A stretch of 64,000 nucleotides of DNA from assembly GCF_964204645.1 (NCBI RefSeq), contig NC_134027.1, positions 7,286,485 through 7,350,484 of the forward strand, written 5' to 3'. Positions 39,401-50,428 of this stretch are shown here, piece after piece. Within the stretch, counting starts at the first letter, position 1. The number at the start of each line of letters is the position of its first letter. The translations under genes and the position numbers were made by a program. The notes under the pieces were generated by a model. It did no database searches. It was not told the origin of the DNA and was given only the letters and a program-made list of their open reading frames with translations. Origin of the DNA: Tubulanus polymorphus. Taxonomy: Eukaryota > Animalia > Nemertea.

Positions 39401-41523
39401 AAACTTACCTTATTGCCCAGAACATTTAACTGTAGATGATAGTTATTTAAGTGAATACCAGAAGAAAATAAAACCGAAAGATCATGTTTTTACAGAAAAA
39501 TTAATACTTACTCAAAATAATAAATACAATTACATTGTTCATTATAGAATGTTAAAATTTTATCTAAAACAAGGAATGAAATTAAAGAAAGTACATAGAT
39601 ATATTGAATTTAATCAATCGAAGTGGTAAGAAAAATATATAGATTTTAATACTCAACAGAGAACCATATCAAAAACAGATTTTGAAAAAGATTTCTTCAA
39701 ATTAATGAACAATAGTTTTTATGGTAAAACATGTGAAAATATTAGAAATAGAAATGATATTGAATTAGTAAATAATTCTGAAAGATTAAGACATTTACAA
39801 TCAAGTCCTAGACATTTAGGAAATAAAAGATTTGAAGATTATTTAACAGCAGTTAAATTAAAAAGAACGTCAATGAAATTTAATAAACCTATATTTATTG
39901 GTTCAACTGTTTTAGAAGTATCAAAATTATTAATGTATGATTTTTATTATAATGTTTTGCAACCACTTTTTGGGGAAAAGCATATTGAAATATTATATTT
40001 TGATTCTGTAACAGCTGACACCCCAATATTATTAAAATGTAATGATAAAATATTGATAAGAAGAATTTCAGAAATAATTCCAAAACAAAATGAATGTTAT
40101 ATTTCATATGGTGAAAAAGAATTAAAAAGAATAAATGGATTAATGGATGTTTGGACAAGAAATGGATGGAAAAAATTAAAGAATATTATTAGACATAAAA
40201 CAAATAAGAAAATCTATAGAGTTAGAACTAAATTAGGATTTGTAGATGTTACAGAAGATCATAGTTTAATTAAACGAAATGGTGATGAAATAAAACCAAC
40301 TGATATAAAAATTGGAGATGAATTATTACATAAAAGATTTTTCCAAAGAATGAATCATATGTCATTTGATGAAATTATTGATAATATTTATAACATAGAA
40401 CCCGAAACATTAGAAGAAAAAGAATATTTTATCAAAGGATTTTTCATGGGAGATGGTTCAGCAGGTGTGTATAATTATGTTTGGGGTAATAAATATTGTT
40501 GGTAATTATGCAATCAAGACTTAAAATTATTAGAAAGAATTAAGAAATTCTGTGAAGAAGTTTATTCACATTAAACATTCAAAATCATAGATGTTATGAA
40601 ATCATCAGCAGTTTATAGAATACTTGTAAATAATCCTAAAGATTTTGCTATAAAATATAATGATGAATTTTATATTCATGCAATAGTGAAAAGTAATACT
40701 TCAACTAAAGAAAAGATAGTACCAGATTATGTATTAAATGCAAAAAATAATTTAAGAAAGTGGTTCTTCATTGGATTCTATGCCGCAGATGGCACTAAAA
40801 AATTTACAAAGGATAAAAAGATAACCTTTGCACAGAAAGGAAAAGTTGCTATATCAGGATTAAATATATTATGCAGTTCATTAATATTTAATATGAATAT
40901 AGAATTAATTAAATCTAAACCAAATTGTTTTAATTTAAGGCATGTAGAAAAAGAATTAACAGAAGTTAAAGATTTATTTGAAATATATAACCCAACTGAC
41001 TATGTTTATGATTTATCAACAGATGATGGAACATTCAATTCTGGGTTCCCATTAATCCAAAAAAATACTGACAGTTACATACTAAAAATCAAGACAAATG
41101 ACATAACAAAAGACTTAAAAACATTAAAACATCATTTTGATTTTAGCAATTATCCCAAAGATCATGAACTATTTAACAATGATAATAAAAAGATTCCTGG
41201 TAAATTTAAAGATGAATTAGGGGGTGATGAAATGATTGAATTTGTTGGGATAAGAAGTAAAATGTATAGTTATAGAACAAAAGATCATGAAGCTAAAAAG
41301 TTAAAAGGAATAACAAAACATGTGGTTGATAAACATATAGAATTTCAAGATTATATAAAGTGTTTATAAAACTCAATTGTAATGAAACATAAAATGAATT
41401 GTTTAAGATCAGAAAATCACGAGATGTACATTAATGAAGTTGAAAAAATTAGTTTAGAATCCATTTGATGATAAAAGGCATATTTTAGATGATGGTATAA
41501 AAACATTACCTTATGGCCATTAA
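36495..41523 (+). pseudogene. Protein-primed family B DNA polymerase (pPolB) with N-terminal Zn-finger region, EndoVII-like insert and an intein; 8 in-frame stops and one late frameshift
   Basis: ORFs starting at 36495, 36837, 37212, 38751, 39705 and 40596 share one frame. Motifs: EGSG, SSYIKLP..INVQNEDNKCFLW, ExoI VIYGDFES, VRDHNH..YRGAAHEDCNL, ExoII FHNLSGYD, Pol A YIDANNLYGWAM, Pol B KLMNNSFYGKT, Pol C YFD/TDS, GKFKDE, SKMY; C-terminal PFDDKR..TLPYGH after a +1 shift near 41457. Confidence 0.93.
40005..41066 (+). mobile_element. Intein with LAGLIDADG homing endonuclease inserted in pPolB motif C (354 codons, two internal TAA)
   Basis: Extein YFD | block A SVTADTPILL; block B VDVTEDHSL; block C FIKGFFMGDGS; block E FFIGFYAADGT; block F YVYDLSTDDGTF; C-terminal KN | TDS. 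Removing it restores YFDTDS. Confidence 0.92.
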
Positions 41524-41798
41524 AACATAAAATCAATATCATCATACTCGAAATCACTATTGGCTTCTTCATTTTCATTTAATTGTTCTTGTATAATTTG
41601 TTTAGGTTCTTCCATTTCATTTTTCTCATTTAAATAAAGTTCTATCTTGTACCACATTTCATCTCGCTCTCTTTGTTTCTTTTTGTTTGTTAATTCGTCA
41701 AATGGAATTATGATATCGATGTTTAAATAATTTACAATCTTATTTAAAAAGAATTCATAATTTATTGAATCTGTTATTCTATTTTCCAAATGATACAT
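41520..41798 (-). CDS. Polinton hypothetical protein, acidic C-terminus
   Basis: 92-aa ORF convergent with polB. Confidence 0.5.
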   Translation of the reverse strand: MYHLENRITDSINYEFFLNKIVNYLNIDIIIPFDELTNKKKQRERDEMWYKIELYLNEKNEMEEPKQIIQEQLNENEEANSDFEYDDIDFMF

Positions 41799-41847
41799 TA
41801 ATATTTGTTAAAATATTTTTTTTTTATATTTTCCATATCTTCTTCTG

Positions 41848-42849
41848 TTAATTTGATTTTTCATAATAATCGTTAAATAATAAATATAAATACATTTTCT
41901 TTTGTTTTGTGTTAAATTTTGACGGAATAATTGTTTTTATAATATCTTTTTTAGTTATTTCACCATTTTTATTTTCTATTATTTTCATTTTTTCAAGCCA
42001 TTGCATATATTCTGGTGTATGATCTTCTATAGAAAATATTTTAAAAATTTCATCTAGATAATTTAATTTTGGATCTATGAGAAAATTTCTAGTTTTTTCT
42101 TCACCCCATAAATTCTTTTGCCATCCACAATCAACACAAAATAACACAGTACCTTCTTGTCTTAAGGTCGCGTAATTACATTGTGGACATTTTCGTTTAT
42201 AATTTATTGGTAATAGATCTTCATTAAGCTCTTGGTATTTTCTTACGTTTTCTTTATGTTTTATTGTTCTATTATGTAGATTTGAATTATTTGTTGTAAT
42301 AATCAATTTACAATATTTACAATAATATGTTTTTCTTGTTAATTCATTATATTGTTTTTCTAACTTTTCAACTGTTTCTTTATTATCTTGTAACGTTTTC
42401 TCATATTTTATTTTTTCTGATAAACTATTTTTTCTTTCATTGAATTCAGTTTCAAATTTATTAGAAATTTTATCTATATGTACTTTACGAAATTGATGAT
42501 TCTCCCAATCTTCTATATTTTCAGGGCTATATTTTACTCGACAAGGCTCGCAGAAATGATCTTTTATATTATCCTTGTCATAGAATAAGAAAGGTCTTTT
42601 CCAAATAATTTCAGGTTCAACTTCAACAGAATTACTATTACTTTCATTACTATCAACATTAGCCGTTGCGCCATTAATTTTACACTTCTCTGAATGTTTT
42701 TTAACATAATTTCTTGAGAATAATTTATTACATTTTGGACAGTTTAGTTTAGGGGGTTTATAATTTTCATCATGTTTTTTCATATGTCGAGCCATATTAC
42801 TTTTTCTTAGAAATTCACCACAAATTTCGCATGGTATCTTCTCATCCAT
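41848..42849 (-). CDS. Polinton multi-zinc-finger protein
   Basis: CEIC..HMKKH, CPKC..H..C, CEPC..H..H, CKYC..H..H, CPQC..CVDC; TAAATG start. Confidence 0.75.
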   Translation of the reverse strand: MDEKIPCEICGEFLRKSNMARHMKKHDENYKPPKLNCPKCNKLFSRNYVKKHSEKCKINGATANVDSNESNSNSVEVEPEIIWKRPFLFYDKDNIKDHFCEPCRVKYSPENIEDWENHQFRKVHIDKISNKFETEFNERKNSLSEKIKYEKTLQDNKETVEKLEKQYNELTRKTYYCKYCKLIITTNNSNLHNRTIKHKENVRKYQELNEDLLPINYKRKCPQCNYATLRQEGTVLFCVDCGWQKNLWGEEKTRNFLIDPKLNYLDEIFKIFSIEDHTPEYMQWLEKMKIIENKNGEITKKDIIKTIIPSKFNTKQKKMYLYLLFNDYYEKSN

Positions 42850-42917
42850 TTATTAAGGAAAAATTTTATTAAAATTAATTTTTAGTGATGAGCGGTAATT
42901 TTTTTATGTTATAAATA

Positions 42918-43674
42918 ATGGTAAATTAAAAGAATACAGAATATTTGTTGATTCTAGAAAACTTACAAATTATAAATCACATAATTTAATAGTTCAATTA
43001 GATAGAGAATTTAAGAATTGTATTGATTTAAAATTAGTAAATATAAGTTTATGTAACTCATTTTACAATGTATCGGATAAAAGTAGAACATTTAATTTTT
43101 TCAATCTTTTACAAAAAAAGGAATAAATGGTTTTTTATATATTTAAAACCAGGATTATATAATTTAGATACATTAGCACAAGAAATTAATAGAAAAGCTC
43201 GAGCTAAATTAGGAAGTGATTCCGGATTTAGTATTAGAATTTTAAAAAGTGATAGTTCTAATAAAATAAAGATTAGGTTAGCTAATGACGAACAATTTAA
43301 ATTTACAGTAAGAAAACCTTTAGGTAAACTGTTAGGAAATAAACCCAGATATTGTTACAGCATACCCAGAAGGTAGATCAAACTTAATACCTTTCACACA
43401 TTTTTATATTTATTGCAATTTAATTGACCCAACAAAAACATTTGAAGCAACTAAAGATACCATTTGTAATTCTAGTATATTAAATATTTTACCATTAAAA
43501 AATGTTAAACAATTTGGAACGCAAATAAATTATAATTTAACTGAATGTGATTTTAAACCTTGTATTCCACATTTCAATAATTTTAAATTAGAAATAAGAA
43601 ATCATAATGGTTATTTAATTGATTTGAATAACTTTCCTGTAATTTATGAATTAGTTATAAGATGTAGAGAGTAA
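42918..43674 (+). pseudogene. Probable minor capsid protein (penton, single jelly roll), frameshifted
   Basis: Fragments RIFVDSR..NSFYNV, PGLYNLDTL, YIYCNLID, ILNILPL, KLEIRNHNGYLIDLNNFPVIYELVIR resemble recalled Polinton penton motifs. Confidence 0.6.
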
Positions 43675-43690
43675 TTTTTTCACTATATAA

Positions 43691-44044
43691 ATGAATATAA
43701 CTGTTGGACCGAGTATATGTTTTGGGTTCGATTTTAAACGTGAGAAAGAAATGAAATTTAACATTAATGATGTAATTACACATGTCAAAAATATTGCATT
43801 TTCTAATGAAACAACATTTGAGTATGAAACAACAATAGATAAAGAAACTTTAAATGTAGAAAAGATTACTAATTTGATTAGAGAATCTTTAAGATTTTAT
43901 GAATTAGATGAAGATTTTATCATCGATGATATTAAAAAAATAATAATTGAAATATATACAAATGAAACTAGTAATGAAATAAATGTTGAAATAATCATCA
44001 CTAAGATAACCAAATATTTTAAAGATGTTAATTTTTTTGATTAA
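43691..44044 (+). CDS. Polinton hypothetical protein
   Basis: 117-aa ORF, TAAATG start. Confidence 0.6.
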   Translation: MNITVGPSICFGFDFKREKEMKFNINDVITHVKNIAFSNETTFEYETTIDKETLNVEKITNLIRESLRFYELDEDFIIDDIKKIIIEIYTNETSNEINVEIIITKITKYFKDVNFFD

Positions 44045-44047
44045 TAA

Positions 44048-44269
44048 ATGAGTGATAATAAGTGGATAATAACTGGATTATATAATGGAGCATTACTATC
44101 AGTTGGAACTGTTGGTTATTCAATGGTATTAAAAAAGGTATTCAAAATGGGAAGTGTTAATGCTGATAGATTTGATATCAATGATATTTTAAAATTAACA
44201 TTAGCAGTTACTTTATCTAATTTAACTATTGATTATTTAGAAAAACAAAAATATATTCCTCCCATATAA
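44048..44269 (+). CDS. Polinton small hydrophobic protein
   Basis: 73 aa, two hydrophobic stretches, TAAATG start. Confidence 0.65.
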   Translation: MSDNKWIITGLYNGALLSVGTVGYSMVLKKVFKMGSVNADRFDINDILKLTLAVTLSNLTIDYLEKQKYIPPI

Positions 44270-44293
44270 ATGCGTAATTATTTTACTAAATAA

Positions 44294-44716
44294 ATGGCTT
44301 CTGCAATTATAACTGTCATAGGATCAGCAATTGTTAACGCTTTAGCATTTACTGCTGGCGGTTATTTATTTAAGCATATTGATAAAAATAGTTCATTAGG
44401 AGAACAAAGAAGACATAACTTAGCATTAGAGAAATACAATAAAGCAGCAGAAGAATACAGAGAAAAACGACAAAACTATATGGATTATATTAACAAGGAA
44501 TTATATGATCAGAAGATTTCACATAGAGATTTTCAATCAGTTGATGATGCAATGAGTTTATATAACGCAGTAACCAATAAAGAAAAATTACATCTATACA
44601 AACCTAAATTATCAGATTATTATACCCCAAGTAAAGAACAACAGAAATATGAAATAATATGGATTTTAGGTGGAACTGTTATTGTTATATTTGTAGCATA
44701 TAAATTTACTAATTAG
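44294..44716 (+). CDS. Polinton membrane-associated protein
   Basis: Hydrophobic N-terminus MASAIITVIGSAIVNALAFT, helical RRHNLALEKY region, C-terminal TM segment. Confidence 0.7.
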   Translation: MASAIITVIGSAIVNALAFTAGGYLFKHIDKNSSLGEQRRHNLALEKYNKAAEEYREKRQNYMDYINKELYDQKISHRDFQSVDDAMSLYNAVTNKEKLHLYKPKLSDYYTPSKEQQKYEIIWILGGTVIVIFVAYKFTN

Positions 44717-44735
44717 TAATTTTTTTTCTAAATAA

Positions 44736-45137
44736 ATGGAAGATAAAGTTGATAGCATTGATATTATTCCTCATGATATAAATAAAACTAAATTAAAAAT
44801 ATATTTAGAAAAACAAATATTAGAATTTGAAAGTGACTTAAAGACAAAAAAGAAAAATTATTTAAAAAGTAAAATTATATATTATCTTATTATTAGTGGT
44901 TCGGTTACAATTAGTTCTGTAATAACATTTCTAGCAATATTCAGTCCATTAACACCTTTAGCTATTTCAATTGGTGTATTAGGATTAAGTTCAAGTGTTT
45001 TAACTGGTATAAGTTCAAAATTAAATATAAAAAGTAATAAAGAAAAAATTAAAACTAATATAAAAGAAATTAATAAATTAAAGAATACACTAGATTATAT
45101 AATAAGTTTAAATGGTCATATAACAGTTGAAGAATAA
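44736..45137 (+). CDS. Polinton two-TM membrane protein
   Basis: Hydrophobic hairpin IIYYLIISGSVTISSVITFLAIF...LAISIGVLGLSSSVLTGI between basic helices. Confidence 0.65.
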   Translation: MEDKVDSIDIIPHDINKTKLKIYLEKQILEFESDLKTKKKNYLKSKIIYYLIISGSVTISSVITFLAIFSPLTPLAISIGVLGLSSSVLTGISSKLNIKSNKEKIKTNIKEINKLKNTLDYIISLNGHITVEE

Positions 45138-45186
45138 GATAAATTATTAAAAGAATTAATAAATTATCAATTTTTTAATTATATAA

Positions 45187-46572
45187 ATGGTAGATAGTTT
45201 TCCAAAAGCTTTCCAATATAATAAATCAATTAAATATAATATTCCAGCAATAGATTTTAATAAAGATATTACATATAGAAATGAAGTTTTAGATTCATTA
45301 ACTAATTTAGAAATTTATGTTACTGAAACTAATAATTTTAATTCAAAGATGGAAAATATATTTCATGTATATTTAATTAATTTTAAAAAATTGAAAGATG
45401 AAAAACAATGGTTATTAAAATCTAATATGAAGTATTGGCAGAACCAATTAAATTTTGCTGTTTATTGTGCAACAACAGGATGTGGAATTAGTTGGAATGA
45501 TCATTTGAATAATTCTAAATATAAATTAATTCAAAGTTTATTTAGATTTCATACATACTTTCAAATCAGAATAATATTAAATGAATTAGAGTGCGCTTTA
45601 CCAGGATCTAGGTATTTTAAAGAATTAGATAATAATATTAATTTAACAAAGTTTTATAAAATTTGTAATGAATTTAATATAGATATGAATAATTTTGATT
45701 TTAGAACAAAAATTGGAACAATAAGATCACTTCCTTGCCCTAAAAAGATTGCAGAATATTGTGCACTTCCCATACCATCTAATAGTTTGTATAATATCTA
45801 TAGTAATAAATTAGGTTATGGTAAAATAGAAACTAAGGATTTAGAAACATTAAATTTCAATAAATTACCGACATTTTATGATAATTTAAAACAAGAAAAC
45901 AATAATGGTTGGGTTTATTTCATTTTAGAAAATAATGAAGGTTTTACAAAATCAGGTATACAAAGAATAAATCAATCTATTAGAACTTATTTGATATGTA
46001 TTTAGGTGCGCAAGTTGAAACAAGATCCCCAATAATTGGAAATTTAAATACATCATTTGATACACAGAAACAATTCAAAGTATTATTTGAAGATTCTATT
46101 CATAATGATAAAAATAGATCGATTCCAGAAAACATTGTAAGATATCAAAATTATTTAGATAAATCTCATGTAAGACTAAATTATTGTATAGGCCCTAATC
46201 TATTAATTATTTCTAATGATTTAGTACTAAAGATGGGAAACATAATTGGTTACAATAATCTAATTAAAACCGCAACAATAAATAATTCATTTGGATTAAA
46301 TGATATAAATAAAAAGATTATTACCGCTCCAAAATTAATGGAAGGTGAAAAAAATAAAAAACATTCAATCAACAGAAACTAAAACTAAAAATATTAAATT
46401 GCATAATGATTCTAAAATAAAAGATTACAATACATCAGAAAATATAAAAACTGATAATATTCAACATGATATAATTAAAACTGATAATGATAATAAATTC
46501 CATGAAAATACTAAATTAGCTTTAACTTGTACAGGAATTGTTATAGGAGGAATATTATATTTTAAATTCTAA
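45187..46572 (+). pseudogene. Polinton hypothetical protein (YWQNQLNFAVYCATTGCGIS motif) with C-terminal TM, split by two frameshifts
   Basis: ORFs 45187-46005, 45996-46382 and 46345-46572 overlap end to end; only the first has a TAAATG start. Confidence 0.65.
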
Positions 46573-46588
46573 TTTTTTTATTATATAA

Positions 46589-48019
46589 ATGGATGTAGAA
46601 GGTGGAGAAGATATTGGAATGGATCCTTTAGATGAACCTGGTATAACTGATGAACAACAACCTGATTTTAGTGAAACAAGTTTTAATGACGGTAATGAGT
46701 CAGGATATAATAATAATTTAAATATGCCTGATTATATTAGAAATGCAGAATCACAATTAAATCCTGAAAATTTAGACCCAGATTTAGTAAAACAAGATTT
46801 AGATAATCTAAACAAAATACCTAAATTAGAAGATTTAATTGAAAAATCTAAACTTAACATAAATGATGAAGACGTTGGACTTTTAGCAGATCAATTAAAA
46901 TTTTTAGATAATGGTAAATGTTATTATCGTTTGAAAGGTGATTATTATATTGATATCACTTATAAAAATAATAAAAATAAAATATCAGAATCAACTTTAG
47001 AAAAATTAAAACCAGATAGAATTAAAAGAATAAGTAATAGTAATGAAATAACTGATGTTACACAAAAAGAAATAGATGATAATATAGACGTATTTAAACA
47101 AAAAATTAATGAATTATTTGAAATAATCAAAAAGAAATCAGAAACAGAAACAACTTCTGAACAGAATATAACTTCCAAAACTAGTAAACTTAAATCAAAT
47201 AAAGTTTCAATTGAAAAACTTTTACCGAATGGATTAATTGATGCAACAGATCAACAATTAGAAGATTTAAATAATATATTTTCTGTTGAAGCAATTACAG
47301 AAATTAAAAGTATAAGGCTTGCATCTGATAAAATTGCGCATGATAAAAGTATAAGAGATTTTAAAATTAGAACTTTAGAAAAAGAATTAACTGATAAAAA
47401 TAAAGAAATAGAACAATTAAAATTAGATAGAGATAATAATGTTATTGAAGAAATTGAATTTAAAAAAAGAAATGCATATTTAGAAAAAGAAATTGATGAT
47501 TTAGAATATAACATAGAATTACAAAAAGAAGAAATTAAATTATTATTAAAATCATATGATTATAATATTAATAGATTAAAAGTTATTTTTAAAGATTTAT
47601 TGATAAAACCAAATTCTGAAATATCATTGAAAGATAGAATAAAGTTATTATTTAAATTAGAAGGAATAACAATTCTTTCAATTCTAACAGCTGTAACTAT
47701 GTTATTTACAACAATTGGTTTAGCAATATCAAATGCTTTAAAATCTACTCCTACTGCAAATAAACCGGATAAACCCCCAGGTAATAATTCTATACAAGAT
47801 AAAGTTAAAGATGGTTTAAAGAAATTAGCAAAATATTTATGGGAACTATCTAAAAAATCTGCTGCAGCTTTACCAAGAATTATTGCATCAATTGTTGGTT
47901 TTATATTGAAATCTGCTGGGAATATTCTTAACTTTGCCGCTGAACATATTATTTTATTTTTAATTACAGTTGTAAGTGCTATTATTTTTGGGTTAGTGAA
48001 TATGATTAAAAATAAATAA
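46589..48019 (+). CDS. Polinton coiled-coil membrane protein
   Basis: 476 aa; acidic N-terminus, long coiled coil, hydrophobic GITILSILTAVTMLFTTIGLAI and C-terminal hydrophobic helices. Confidence 0.75.
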   Translation: MDVEGGEDIGMDPLDEPGITDEQQPDFSETSFNDGNESGYNNNLNMPDYIRNAESQLNPENLDPDLVKQDLDNLNKIPKLEDLIEKSKLNINDEDVGLLADQLKFLDNGKCYYRLKGDYYIDITYKNNKNKISESTLEKLKPDRIKRISNSNEITDVTQKEIDDNIDVFKQKINELFEIIKKKSETETTSEQNITSKTSKLKSNKVSIEKLLPNGLIDATDQQLEDLNNIFSVEAITEIKSIRLASDKIAHDKSIRDFKIRTLEKELTDKNKEIEQLKLDRDNNVIEEIEFKKRNAYLEKEIDDLEYNIELQKEEIKLLLKSYDYNINRLKVIFKDLLIKPNSEISLKDRIKLLFKLEGITILSILTAVTMLFTTIGLAISNALKSTPTANKPDKPPGNNSIQDKVKDGLKKLAKYLWELSKKSAAALPRIIASIVGFILKSAGNILNFAAEHIILFLITVVSAIIFGLVNMIKNK

Positions 48020-48039
48020 TTAATTTTTTTGTTAAATAA

Positions 48040-49317
48040 ATGAGTGGGAGTTATATAAGTCCTTCTAAGATTTCTAGAATATCTAATGTTATTAAAGCAG
48101 AAAGATCACATCATATAATTACTCATAACCCTTCTTATATTAATCCCGATGAAACTTTATATGTTAGAATTCCTCGATTAACACAAAATACTTTTTATAT
48201 TCCAAATAGTATTTATCTATCAGCTGATATAAAAGTAACTGGTCATGATAATAATTATGTTGTTGATAATGTTGGGAGATATTTGATTAAAAAATTAACT
48301 ATAAAGATTGGTCCAGAAACAGTTTTCTCATTAGATGATTATAATTTATTTATGCATTATAAAGATTTATGGTTAACTAAAGAAAATAGAAATAATATGA
48401 TATTTCAGGGTATTCAATCGGAAAACCATAATAAATTAAGATCAGGAGCTAATGACGCAATAGTAACTCGTGCCACAGATAATTTGATTAAAAAGATTAA
48501 TGGAAGCAAATATAAAATTCCATTAGACTTTGAATTGATAAATAATAATGCACCTTTATATAAATACGCAATTCAAGAAGATATTATATTTGAGATAACA
48601 TTTGCTCCTGTAAATGAAATTGTATTATCTAGCGTTGTTAAAGATATGGGTTATAAATTATCGAATATATGTTTAGAATATGACACAGTAACTAATGAAA
48701 ATATTGCTAGCACAATTCAAACTCAATACAATCAAGGATTTTCATTATTATATGATTATATTGATAAATTTAAAACTGTAACTATTAATGCAAATGATGA
48801 AATAATTTTTGAGAATATTAACTTCCCAAGAAGATCTATTAAAGGTATATTAATATTTTTTACCATTGCAACATATTCTAATGGTGCAATAAAGGTAGAT
48901 AATTATTATAATCCTGAAATAACAAAAGTAGAAATAACTATCGAAGGAATAGCAAATAAAATATTTTGTCAAGGAATGAGAATGATAGATCAGTGGCCAG
49001 AAATTAGAAAACATTTTATGAATGAAAAAGTAAAATCATCTGAAAATTGTGATATTAATCAAATTGATTATTATACCGGTAATAAATATGCATTATGGTT
49101 AGATTTTAGAACAACAGAGGATAATCCATTACATGGTTCTGGGAAAAAACTACAGAACACTAAAGATGGAATACAATTATTCATGGCAAAGAAAAGAGGA
49201 GACAAAAATTTCCAAATGCACATTTATATTATATCTGACGCACAATTAAATATTGTAAATTCACAATTAGATAGTATTCAATATAAGAAATATAAAGTTA
49301 AAATTAAGGATATATAA
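48040..49317 (+). CDS. Probable major capsid protein (double jelly roll)
   Basis: 425 aa, beta-strand-rich; NPSYINPDETLYVRIP, NVGRYLIKKLTIKIG, YKDLW, IPLDF, LSNICLEYD and YALWLDFR resemble recalled MCPs of invertebrate Polinton/adintovirus elements; adjacent to integrase and ATPase. Confidence 0.75.
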   Translation: MSGSYISPSKISRISNVIKAERSHHIITHNPSYINPDETLYVRIPRLTQNTFYIPNSIYLSADIKVTGHDNNYVVDNVGRYLIKKLTIKIGPETVFSLDDYNLFMHYKDLWLTKENRNNMIFQGIQSENHNKLRSGANDAIVTRATDNLIKKINGSKYKIPLDFELINNNAPLYKYAIQEDIIFEITFAPVNEIVLSSVVKDMGYKLSNICLEYDTVTNENIASTIQTQYNQGFSLLYDYIDKFKTVTINANDEIIFENINFPRRSIKGILIFFTIATYSNGAIKVDNYYNPEITKVEITIEGIANKIFCQGMRMIDQWPEIRKHFMNEKVKSSENCDINQIDYYTGNKYALWLDFRTTEDNPLHGSGKKLQNTKDGIQLFMAKKRGDKNFQMHIYIISDAQLNIVNSQLDSIQYKKYKVKIKDI

Positions 49318-50428
49318 ATGGGTGGTAAAAAAACTCCTAATACTAAAGAACAATATTTAAGCAATTTATATTACAACCCTGAGAGTACCAAAAATATATG
49401 GCGTCAAGTAAAACAAGATAAATTAGATAAGATAATCCCACAAAATTTAGTTAAATATAAAGATATAAATGAATTTATGTTAGAACAACCAACATATACA
49501 ACACATAAAAAAATTGTTAGAAAATATAAAACTCGTAAAACTATGGTAAGTTATGTAGATCAACAGTGGCAAGGAGATTTAATTGATATGAAAAATGTTA
49601 AGAAAGATAATGATGATTATTGGTGGTTATTGAATATAATTGATATTTTTAGTCGTTATGTATGGAGCTTCCCACTTTATAGAAAAGATGCTGTACCAAC
49701 ATCAAATATTTTAAGAAAATTTCTTTCGGATGATAAAACTAAAACCAGAAAAAATACAATTTGATGATGGAAAAGAGTTTGATAATTCACTTGTTCATGA
49801 ACTCTTAGATAATCATAATATTAAATATTTTTCAACAAAATCGGATAAAAAAGCAGCAGTTGTTGAACGATTTAATAGAACATTAAGAACAAGAATGTGG
49901 AAATATTTTACAGCAAATAATACTTTTAAATGGTTTGATGTTTTACCAAAATTGACAGAAGGATATAATAATTCTTATCATTCTTCTATTGGAATGAAAC
50001 CTATTGATGCTAGAAAACCTGAAAATGCTGAAATTGTTTGGAATAATTTATATGGAGCATTTCTTGTAAATGATTTTGGTGAACCTAAATTTAAAGTTGG
50101 TCAAAATGTTAGAATTTCTAAGTATAAAAAGATATTTGACAAAGGATACGATCGAAATTTTACTAGAGAAATATATAAAATAAAAAAGGTAATAACAACA
50201 AAACCATATGTCTATAAATTAGAAGATTTAAATGGTGAAGAAGTTGATGGGTATTTTTATGAAGAAGAATTAAGTTTAACTACTGAAAATCTAGAACAAG
50301 AATATAAAATTGAAAAAGTATTAACAACAAAAACTATTAAAAGAAAAAAATATTCTTTAGTAAAATGGGTTGGATGGCCAGATAAATTCAATGAATGGAT
50401 ATTATCAAGTAAAATTAAAAATATATAA
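49318..50428 (+). pseudogene. Retroviral-like (RVE) integrase with C-terminal chromodomain, one frameshift near 49740
   Basis: QWQGDLIDM..LNIIDIFSRY (D), QFDDGKEF (D), KAAVVERFNRTL (E), YNNSYHSSIGMKP; chromodomain YKIEKVL..LVKWVGWPDKFNEWI. Confidence 0.93.

Noticed and set aside
36495-41369. Eight in-frame stops (seven TAA, one TAG) without frameshift in polB, suggesting stop-codon reassignment or readthrough
   Set aside because: The stop positions correspond to different expected residues (e.g. W*EKYIDFN is normally Leu; KCL*N is normally aromatic). TAA is the normal stop of neighbouring ORFs, and other genes (integrase, penton, polB tail) have frameshifts. Decay in AT-rich DNA is sufficient.
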